The translations under genes were made by a program, and so were the position numbers. The notes under the pieces are model-generated. The model saw only the letters and a program-made list of their open reading frames with translations. It ran no database searches and was not told the DNA's origin. From Macrostomum lignano (taxonomy: Eukaryota): 56,856 bases of DNA. The number at the start of each line of letters is the position of its first letter. Position 1 is the first letter of the stretch. This document shows, one piece after another, positions 47,263-56,856 of this stretch. The DNA lies in the NCBI GenBank assembly GCA_002269645.1, contig NIVC01004172.1:1-56856 (forward strand), read 5' to 3'.

Positions 47263-48860
47263 AGAAGCGTCATGTAAAAATCATAGAAGCTTCATTTAAA
47301 AAATCATAGAAGCGTCATGTAAAAAATCATAGAAGCGTCATGTAAAAAATCATAGAAGCGTCATGTAAACAATCATGGAAGCGTCATGTAAAAAATCATA
47401 GAAGCGTCATATAAAAATCATAGATGCGTCATTTAAAAAATCATAAAAGCGTCATGTAAAAAATCATAGAAGCGTCATGTAAACAATCATAGAAGCGTCA
47501 TGTAAAAAATCGTAGAAGCGTCATGTAAAATATCATAGAAGCGTCATTGAAAAAATCATAGAAGCGTCAAGTAAAAAATCATAGAAGCGTCATGTAAAAA
47601 ATCGTAGAAGCGTCATGAAAAAAATCGTAGAAGCGTCATGTAAACAATCATAGAAGCGTCATGTAAACAATCATAGAAGCGTCATGTAAACAATCATAGA
47701 AGCGTTTTTTTTTAAAATCATAGAAGCGCCATGTAAACAATCATAGAAGCGTCATGTAAAAAATCATAGAAGCCTCTTGTAAAAAATCATAGAAGCGTCA
47801 TGTAAACAATCATAGAAGCGTCATGTAAAAAATCATAGAAGCCTCATGTAAAAAATCATAGAAGCGTCATGTAAACAATCATAGAAGCGTCATGTAAAAA
47901 TCATAGAAGCGTAATTTAAAAAATCATAGAAGCGTCATGTAAAAAATCATAGAAGCGTCATGTAAAAAATCGTAGAAGCGTCATGTAAAAAATCGTAGAA
48001 GCGTCATGTAATAATCATAGAAGCGTCATGTAAACAATCATAGAAGCGTCATGTAAACAATCATAGAAGCGTTTTTTTAAAAAATCATAGAAGCGCCATG
48101 TAAACAATCATAGAAGCGTCATGTAAAAAATCATAGAAGCCTCATGTAAAAATCGTACAAGCGTCATTTAAAAATCATAGAAGCGTTTTTTTTAAAAATC
48201 ATAGAAGTGTCATGTAAACAATCATAGAAGCGTCATGTAAACAATCATAGAAGCGTCATGTAAACAATCATAGAAGCGTCATGTAAACAATCATAGAAGC
48301 GTCATGTAAAAAATCATAGAAGCGTCATGTAAAAAATCATAGAAGCGTCATTTGAAAATCATAGAAGCGTTATTTAAAAAAATCATAGAAGCGTTATTTA
48401 AAAAAATCATAGAAGCGTCATGTAAACAATCATACAAACGTCATGTAAACAATCATAGAAGCGTCATGTAAAAAATCATGGAAGCGTCATGTAAAAAATC
48501 ATAGAAGCGTTATATAAAAAGCATAGAAGCGTCATGTAAACAATCATAGAAGCGTCATGTAAAAAAATCATAGAAACGTCATGTAAACAATCATAGAAGC
48601 GTCATGTAAAAAATCATGGAAGCGTCATGTAAAAAATCATAAAAGCGTCATGTAAAAATCATAGAAGCGTCATATAAAAAGCATAGAAGCGTCATGTAAA
48701 CAATCATAGAAGCGTCATGTAAAAAATCATAGGAGCGTCATGAAAAAATCATAGAAGCCTCATTTAAAAACTAATGAAAGTGTCATTTAAAAAATTAAGA
48801 AGCATCATGGTAGAATAAAAGAAGCGTCATGTCAGACATGAAGGGTGTCATGTAAAAATT
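47263..48860. repeat. Satellite array 2, same 22-23-bp unit
   Basis: About 70 units; decays at the right end. Confidence 0.97.
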
Positions 48861-49517
48861 AAATGCAGCTATAATGCTGTGCTGGGGAGAAAAACTGAGA
48901 CGTAAAGGCTCTCAGAGAATAACTGATCAGAGAATAACTGAGATTACGGAGGGGGGGGTTTCTGAGATGTCAAAGCAAAAGTCAGAAGCTACTTCAAAGT
49001 TCATGTACTTTACTCAATTTTTTATTGCATTCTTTGTTGGCTCGCCACGGGGGGCGCTGATAGAAGAAGTCATGTAAAAAATAAAAGTAGCACTATGTAT
49101 ACATAAAAGAAAAGTCATGTCGAAGTTAAAAGATTCATTTGGGAATTGCTACGATGTCAAAGCTTGGTGGAAATCGTTATAGTGCTGTGATTCTTAAAGA
49201 AGGAATCACTAAAATGTCAAGGCTTAGGGGAGAAGAATTGCTGAGATTTCAAGGCTTTAGGTTGGGTTAAAGTTAGGTTTAGGTCAGGTTTGGGTTGAGG
49301 GTTATATTTTATCGGGTTTCAAGGTTAACAGGGGATTTTTTAGATTTCAAGGTTAATGGGGGCCATCGCTGACATGTCAAGGCTTACAAGAAGCTTCATG
49401 TCGAAGTTAAGAGATTCATTTGGGAATCCCTACGATGTCGAGGCTTGCAGGGAATCGCTATAATGCTGTAGTAGTGCTATAATGACTCTTAGAGAGAATT
49501 ACTGAAATTTCAATGCT

Positions 49518-49592
49518 TTAGGGTTAGGGTTAGGGTTAGGGTTAGGGTTAGGGTTAGGGTTAGGGTTAGGGTTAGGCTAGGGTTAGGGTTAG
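49518..49592 (+). repeat. Interstitial telomere-type repeat (TTAGGG)n
   Basis: Nine perfect TTAGGG plus about three imperfect units; a degenerate paralogous tract at ~49255-49313. Confidence 0.93.
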
Positions 49593-50450
49593 AAGGTTGA
49601 CAGATATTTTTAGATTTCCAAGGCTTATTGGGGGCATTGCTGAGATGTCAAGGGGGGAAGTTGATATGTTAAAGCTTGTGGGGGGGGGAATTACTGACAT
49701 GTCAAGGCTTACAAGGTTTGACAGGAGATTTTTTAAGATTTCAAGGATACATGTAGCTTACGAGCGTATTAAAAAAACGTGTATTGCATTTCTTTGGCTC
49801 CCCAACGGGGGGCGTAGATTGCTAGTGTTTGTCTAATCAAGATCAAGTTGCCCCATATGCTTAAACTCGTGCATGGAATGCGCAATGCAGAACGGCTGTC
49901 TAGCAAGTATCTTGTTGCATCAGGGCCCAGTGGGACATGAGGCATAAACAGCGCCTCCCGCCTAAGCCAGCGCAAGACATCCGCTTGATCCAATGCAGTA
50001 TGTATGAAATTATTAAGTTTCGTAGATAACAGATTTCATGTTTCCGCAACTGTTATTAGTGCTGCTAAAATTGGTCAGACTTTACTGAATCGAATTTTTA
50101 AAGAACAAAATGACTCCAAGAAATACATGAGTTAGAGGCAGTTTTGAGGCTTTTCTGAGTCTATAAGGCAACACTGCGATACAGTTATTACACATTGGTG
50201 ATGTAGGCACCTGCTGCATAATAAGTGTTTTTAGTCCTGGTGTGCATTTCCGATGTACATCCAATATTCTTGGCTTTCTGTTTTTAATGTACGCAGTCTC
50301 AACTGCAGGGTCGCTGCTAAATATATAAATCGATCGCACAGAGCCTACAATGGATTGAGGCTTTATCGGCTACACACAACACAACTTTCTCTCTCTCGGC
50401 TTCGCTCTCTACAGTGGCGTCGCAAGCCGCCTACCGCGCGTAAACAAATC

Positions 50451-52531
50451 ATGGCAGCCAACTTTCTCTCACTGCCCCCACCTGAGCCATTCTCAGTATC
50501 AGCAGACCCACACAACGCGGGCAAGCGCTGGAGTCAATGGGCGGACCGCTTTGAAGACTTCATCGATGCATCAGGCATCACCAACGAGAAGCAAAAGTGC
50601 AAACTACTCAGCTACACAGCAGGCAAGGAAATCGCCGACATCATCCGCGAGGAGGCCAAGCCTGCAGCGGCCACAGAGGACGGCCAAGTCACCCTCAAGC
50701 AGACGCTGGACGCTTTGAAGACATTCTTCAACGGAAGAAAGAACATAGTATTCGCCAGATATCAGTTCCGCCTATGCACCCAGGCCACCGGAGAGTCCAT
50801 CGAGTCCTGGTACGCCAGACTGCGCACTGCGGCAGAGCCGTGCGACTTCGAGCAGCTGAAGGACTCGCTCATCAGAGACCAGCTCGTGGCAACCTGCAGC
50901 TCTGACAAGCTGCGCAGGCGGCTGCTTCAGGAGGCGAACATCAGCCTGGAAGAGGCCTTGCGAAAGGCGAGGGCATTCGAGGCTGCAGAGGAACAAGCCA
51001 CCCAGATGGAGAAGACAGACTCGCAAGGTGAGACAAGGTGAGAACGAACAGGCGTGGCCCGGCTCAGACGACCAGCAGGCCCGGCGACCAGCAGCAGCGC
51101 ACCTGCTACCGCTGCGGCGAGAAAGGCCACGCTACCTGCGACGCTGCCAAGGGCAAGATCTGCCACAACTGCGGTAAGCCCAACCACCTCGCTCTTGCCT
51201 GCCGTCAGCCTCGGCAGTCAAACAGCAGCCGGATCCCACAGCAGCAAATCAGCACCAATGCTGTATTCACAGCTGCCGACGGCTCCGTCAACGAGGATGT
51301 GTTCGCGCTGTACAACCCCGACAAATACCCATCCGACGTCTGCACACTGTGCCAGGCTGCGGCCACCGGATTGCGACAGACACCATTGAGGCCGACAGAT
51401 ATTCCGGACGGTGCCTGGCTGCTACTAGGTATGGATTTCTACGGCCCAGTGCAGGGCCAGATGCTCCTGGTCACCACCGACTTGTTTTCAAAATACCCAG
51501 AAGTCAATTTTCTCAACTCGACGACGGCGGAGAGCGTGACCCCCCACCTGCGGAGGCTGTTCGGCAGGTACGGCGTCCCGATTGATGTGGTCACCGACAA
51601 CGGCCCGCCATTCAGCTCGGCAGCTTTCCGCAGCTTCCTCGCTTCGTACGGCATTCACCACCGCCTCATCTGCCCGCTGCACCCAGAATCCAATGGAGCG
51701 ACGGAGCGAGTCAACCGCAGCATCGGGAAAGTGATTCAGACGGCAGTGGCCGAAGGTCGTAACTGGCGGGAGGCTATCGAGGACTGGCTGTTGGCGTTCC
51801 GCACGACACCACATCGAGCGACCGGCCGCGCACCCGCTGAGCTACTCATGGGCAGGACGATGAACGACGGCATCCCGACCATCAAACCATCACAGCTCAT
51901 CGACGTTAACCATGAAGAGGTGCAGAGCTGGCACAGAAACTATGTCCAAGACATGAAGGCGCGCTTCGATGATCGCAAGGGCGTCAAGGAGCACGGCGTC
52001 AGAGTCGGCAACAAAGTTCTGCGAAAGAAGCAGCCACGTAACAAACTGCAGCTGCCGTTCGAGCCACATCCTTGGACAGTCAAGCAGGTCCAGGGAAACA
52101 CGTGTGTCCTGCAACGCGGCGAACAGTCCTGCATGCGCCACGTCTCGCAGCTGCGGCCCCTGGTCGGAGAGCCTGCCGGCCAGCCTGCCGGCCAGCCTGC
52201 CGGAGAGCCTGCCGGCCAGCCTGCCGGCCAGCCTGCCGGAGAGCCTGCCGGCCAGCCTGCCGGCCAACCTGCCGGCCAACCTGCCGGAGAGCCTGCCGGC
52301 CAGCCTGCCGGAGAGCCTGCCGGCAAACCTGCCGGCGAACCTGCCGGCCAACCTGCCGAAGAGCCTGCCGGCCAGCCTGCCGGCCAGCCTGCCGGCCAGC
52401 CTGCCGAAGAGCCTGCCGGCCAACCTGCCGGCCAACCTGCCGGAGAGCCCGCCGGTCTACCCAGCGGTAGCATCGCCACGCGAGAACATCCAAGAGCTGC
52501 CCGTAACAGAGTGCTCAGCTACAAATTGTGA
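50451..52531 (+). CDS. Gypsy gag (two zinc knuckles) fused in frame to integrase; protease, RT and RNase H missing; one frameshift at ~51038
   Basis: GKRWSQWADRFEDF...IRDQLV...LRRRLL; CYRC...C / CHNCGKPNHLALAC; direct jump at ~51315 to VCTLCQ...MDFYGP...VTDNGPPF...ESNGATERVNR (integrase D-D-E). Confidence 0.85.
52169..52456 (+). repeat. In-frame 12-bp repeat x24 encoding (Q/E)PAG in the integrase tail
   Basis: (C/G)AGCCTGCCGGC units; 288 bp = 24 units. Confidence 0.95.
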
Positions 52532-53163
52532 TCCTAGGGTTTTTGTGCGTGGGCGGGCCGCTTTGATTGCTTTGGGGTTTGGGCCGGTAGTAACTGAATA
52601 ATTGAGCTCGTTTTTTTATCCCCTGGGATCTCTCTGGTTGGGGAGAATTGTAGGCACCTGCTGCCCAGTGCTTGCATAATAAGTGTTTTTAGTCCTGGTG
52701 TGCATTTCCGATGTACATCCAATATTCTTGGCTTTCTGTTGTTAATGTACTCAGTCTCGACTGCAGGGTCGCTGCTAAATATATAAATCGATCGCACAGA
52801 GCCTACAATGGATTGAGGCTTTATCGGCTACACACAACACAACTTTCTCTCTCTCGGCTTCGCTCTCTACAGGTGACACCTTAGGTCCAGAATTCCAAAT
52901 TCATTTCTGAACTCCTTAAAATCGAGGTCGTTTTTGATGCAATAAGCTATAACTAGTCGAATGAACAAATTGAGTATTTTTTCAGCATTTTCTATCCATC
53001 AGAGGTAGTATTTTAGTCGCTACAGAAAGTTTACAAAGTCAAGTAGAACACAACTGAACTTTTGGGTGTCATTCAGAAAGAGAAAACTGCATGTCGAAAT
53101 CGACTAAATGTATTACACATAAAAACAGTAAATTTCTTTATTGACAAAATCAATCTGTCACTT

Positions 53164-54535
53164 TCATACGTCATCTGAACTCAGCAGAGGTTGCAGCTCA
53201 CTTACTGTCTCTTCCTCATTCAATATTTCTGTAGGGGTCACCTGAGCTGCCAGAGGCAGAGCAATGATTTTGTGGTAAGCAGAGCAGACCAGAAGCAGCA
53301 TGACCGACACGAGGTGGTACACAAACAGTTTGGGATGATCGTCGTCCAGCGGCTGCAGCCATCGAGACATCGTTAGAAGGGCCACCTGGCTAGCGAGGTT
53401 GGCCAGACCCCACACAGTGAACATGATCCCGATGACGAAAGACTCGGTGCCACCAGGCGTAATCTGCTGAAGCAGGTCGTAGGCACCGGTCATGACCAGA
53501 ACCTCAGCAGCTGCATCTAGGATAGAGGCTGCCGTGTAAACAGTGACCACAGCCGAGTAGCCGGGCTTTTTAGCGACCGCGGTGAAGACGGTGAGACTCG
53601 CTGCAACCGCAGCTCCGAGGAGGATCCCGGCCTGCATCCGAAGCCCAACGGGAAGCTGCCGTCGGCTGATGGAGGCAGCAATTATCAGAGCCACGCAGCT
53701 GACCAGCATGGCAGTGAGGTTTTGTGTTTTCGGGGAAAGCCAGAAGTAGGTCTCGAAATTCGCTGTCGCATTGAGATAATACTCAAGTTCCGTTGCGTAG
53801 ACAGCAGATCTGGTGTCGTCGACGGCAAAAAGGAATATTATGAGGGCAGAGAAGATCTGGAAGTACCTGCTCATTCTAAATAGGGTTGGCATTTCGAATG
53901 GTTCTTCGCGGACACTACCGGGAAGAAAGACGGCAAGGCAACGAACAGTACGCTTATTGCAATGTAGATGACAGACGAATTAGGTCCCAACCACTCAGCT
54001 TTGTTCAGTGGCAACAACAACAGCGCGATGTATTTTCCAGTTACGGAAACTGCATAATATATTGCTGATACAATTGTGAAAAGCTTCGGCCGCTTGAACC
54101 AGCTGAACATGCAGTGCACTATGCTCGGTTGAGTGAGCCCGTAGAACACTGGAAGCAGTAGCCATGTGACTGTAATTATTGGCGATGCTTGGCACATGAA
54201 TCCGAGGTACACCGATACGGATAGCAGGACAGTCGACAGCAGCATAATAATCCACCGATCTGAAGTACGGCGACAGTTCCAAACCAAACGCTGGAGATCA
54301 GCCCACCAAGTACTGGCAGTGAGTATCTTAAGGTGTAGATCCACGTGGTGATTGATGCTTGAGAGTTGTTTGCTGATAGCTCAGTGGAGAAATGGCACGA
54401 TTCATTTAAAGAGCCGGCTTCGTTCGACAGCCGAAAGTTTGATGGATCTTCTATCGTAAATAACGTCTCAGTTATCTTGGTGCAAAGCTTCATCAAGCAA
54501 GCCAAGAGAACGCCTCTCAGAGCGTGGATTTGCAT
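53164..54535 (-). CDS. Intronless MFS transporter, POT/PTR2 (SLC15)-like, two apparent frameshifts (~54250, ~53893)
   Basis: About 11-12 hydrophobic segments; LPVLGGLISSVWFG; LRMQAGILL; AEVLVMTGAYDLLQQITPGGTESFVIGIMFTVWGLANL resembles POT C-terminal motifs. AATAAA at 53142-53137, ~20 nt after the stop. Family call is from motif recall. Confidence 0.6.
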
Positions 54536-55064
54536 TATTCAATTCGTTATTGTGAGGACAGATTCCGCTGCGCAAAGTTCTGATGCCTGACCGTGCAGCG
54601 AGCAGTTTATTTTATTGCATCGAGACTGCGAGCACTCGATTGTTTAGGTGAGAAAGCCGGGTCTATTTCGTTAAAGGGTTGAAAAAAGAGCAATAGGAAG
54701 CGTACATTATTGTATCAATGTGCGCACTGTACTTAAATAGCAGCTAGTGTATTCGTATTGTGCAGCGGTGGCTATGAATATTGTACATAGCTGCTCTACA
54801 CCTGTACAAGTGCAGGCATTTTCTGGGTTTTTCTGGAAGAGACTTTAGACTGATTAAATTTTCTCAGAAATACTGGTACGAGCGTAGTCTTTGTTTTTAA
54901 TAAAGTATAGGCTGTACGCTCATCAACCAAGCTCGGTAGGAGTAGCATACCAGAAATAAATCAGCAAGTGCAAATACATGAATATAATCTAAATCTTAAG
55001 AATTCTCTGTATTGTAACAATTCGAAAATTTCAAACATGCTCAGTCCCAATCAGCCACCATTGG

Positions 55065-56856
55065 TCAAGCTGGAGAGTTGGCTCCGTCGGGCGCCTGCTG
55101 AGCCTGCTGCTGCATGAAGGCCAGGTACTTGAACTCGTCCTCCGGCTTGCTGATCATGGCGCCAATGGCTCCAGTGTGGCCAGTAATCAGAAACTTCAGC
55201 GCGATTGACTCCTGCGAATTGCATCAGCAGTAAACAGTTTTGAATCGATAAAAGGCAAGTCTGGTTATCAAAAAATATTTACGAATAATGAACGAAGCTT
55301 ACGCCAGTGAAAAGGCGCACGATTTTAAGAATCTCGGCTCGAATGAGCTCGTGGCGAAAAAAGTTGCGCCCATGTAGAGCTTGGGGATCTTGGAAGTCTG
55401 AGCCGCCAAAGCCAAGTTTGTGAATGCGTTGTACGCAAAGCTGAACACGATGGAGTTCGCCAAGTCTTCTCGCTCAGGTCAGCCACTGTATTAATGGGTT
55501 AGGGTCCAATGTAATAACTTTGTTGACTTTCACTCAGTCATACGTACTTTTCCACTCCTAAACATGTGCTTTACACCCTTACGTGTCTTGTCAGTATCAA
55601 CCGCCTTGCCGAACGGAAAGACAGGAAGGTTCGGCGGAAGCTGACCGTACGGCGAGTTCGGATCGTTGGCAAGGACGTCCTTCACCTCCGTATCGACATT
55701 GTTTCGCCTTCCCTTGCTGGCCAGCTCCAGGATCTCATCGTAGTCATCGGTGCCCAGCAGCAGCTTGCTCAGGCCAAGGAAGCTGCGACCGGCGAACCAA
55801 AGTCCACCGACCATGTCAGACATTCCGTTCTCCTCGATCTGATTTTTTGTTGTTTAAAACCGAATGATCCAAGTGAACTTTGCTGTTATTGCATATTCTT
55901 CTACAAAAGTCTTCCATTTTAACTGACCTTCATTATTCCACCACCAGATCCCATGAACAGCATCATGCAGGGAAACTTCTGGCCCTCTATGGGCTCTCCG
56001 AGGTCTTTCTTAGCCTTTTCGATTAGTTTTTGTAGGAAGTTGTTTGCTTGGAGGCCCTCAAACTCGGACATATCCAGCTCGGGCTCCGGGTAGCAGATCT
56101 CGGAGTCATCAGCGCACCCTATTAGCCAGTGGGTGCCGCGGCCTTGCGTGAGGAACTCGTTGATGAATTGGATTCTGAATAGGGGAGAGACAGTTTTGCA
56201 GCATGAGTTAATTACCAATCCAACTTCTGTGTGCTCATTGCTTCAGTGGGACGTACTCGAGTCCCAGCTTCTGCTTGATCAGCTCGCGGTGCATGTCGCA
56301 ACCAGCTCCAGTGACGTGCAGCTTTGCTCCGGGTACCTGAACAACCATGCCCTTCTCCTTCAGGTAGTCCAAGCCGGCCTCGAAGTGAGAGTTCTTGAAC
56401 AGAGCGAAGTGCAGGTTGTAATGCTCATCATCCTTCACGGTGCTGAACAGGACCTTTGTCAGCGTGCAGCCTGGTGGCACCGAGATTTTAAATACGCTTA
56501 CAGGCACAAGTACCAGTATTGGTATGTTTAGTTTAAAATAGTGTTGCATAATAATATTTGGTACCTCTGTCCAAGCCACCGACACTCCAACGCCTTCGAA
56601 GTGCGACTTCTTGACGGCGATGATCTTCTCTTCCAGGAGGAACTCGCGCTCATTGATACACCTGCGGGTGGTACTGCGAATCAAAAAAATTCTATAAACG
56701 AATACTTAGTGAAGCGGCAGACACGGGGAATCAAAGTACGCTTGTTTAAGTAACGAATAGCGCTAACTTTCTCTTATCGCGTCTGCTTGCTCCTTTTGGT
56801 CGATTTCTTTCTTCTTATCGTTGCTCCACTCCCATATTTGGCGCAGCTCAGGCTCG
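55065..56856 (-). CDS. PANK: Type II (eukaryotic, fumble-like) pantothenate kinase, divergent, 5' end beyond window; exons complement(56768->56856, 56565-56673 or 56661, 56257-56470, 55928-56174, 55577-55838, 55303-55485, 55065-55211)
   Basis: Motifs in order: GLDRGCTLTK, LHF, VTGAGC, INEF, LFMGSG, FLGLSKLLLG...ELASKG...VD...PFGK, REDLA, GHTGAIGA. GT-AG introns. Three apparent single-base deletions (~56585, ~55472, ~55366). Confidence 0.85.

Larger units (their letters stand above)
43997..49825 (+). mobile_element. Probable non-autonomous Helitron containing satellite arrays
   Basis: 5' A|TCCTATATACT followed by GTCTGTCTG and (TCTA)n. 3' hairpin GCTCCCC-AAC-GGGGGGC (49797-49813), 8 nt, then CTAG|T. 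Empty site would be A/T with no TSD. No Rep/helicase ORF. Confidence 0.6.
50202..52871 (+). mobile_element. Ty3/Gypsy LTR retrotransposon, internally deleted (2670 bp)
   Basis: LTRs 50202-50413 (212 bp) and 52649-52871 (223 bp, 11-bp insertion, few substitutions), TGTA...TACA. 5-bp TSD GGTGA on both sides. PBS TGGCGTCGC at 50415; PPT ggttggggagaa. Confidence 0.95.

Noticed and set aside
4784-48860. Regular short-repeat arrays as CRISPR arrays
   Set aside because: Units are head-to-tail with no unique spacers, no cas genes are present, and the context is eukaryotic.
49518-49592. True chromosome end or telomere fusion point
   Set aside because: Only ~75 bp, single orientation, with ordinary sequence and genes continuing on both sides.

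Overview
Eukaryotic (animal) genomic DNA, not prokaryotic. GC-rich exons, 80-106 nt GT-AG introns, many minisatellites and a TTAGGG tract suggest a flatworm such as Macrostomum lignano (inference). Host genes: (1) a 4-exon puckered/DUSP8/16-type MAPK phosphatase (- strand, 1598-6362) inside an ~18 kb domain with at least 22 AP-1 sites; (2) an isolated SUEL-lectin exon; (3) an unrecognised 5+ exon gene with several degenerate RRM-like modules (- strand, 23458-40188); (4) an intronless POT/SLC15-like MFS transporter; (5) a divergent type II pantothenate kinase running off the right end. Mobile DNA: a hAT MITE with 8-bp TSD; a LOA/Lian-type LINE fragment; a three-level nest (host intron > Copia with 283-bp LTRs and GGGAT TSD > 9.1-kb CACTA/EnSpm element with ACA TSD, a spliced transposase and a B-box/coiled-coil/BEN gene); a probable non-autonomous Helitron holding a satellite, a 2.6-kb duplication and TTAGGG repeats; and an internally deleted Gypsy (gag-integrase fusion, GGTGA TSD). 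Eight frameshifts in five unrelated loci all look like single-base losses, pointing to assembly error, so several apparently broken genes may be intact. All coordinates and counts were read by eye; no database search was run.
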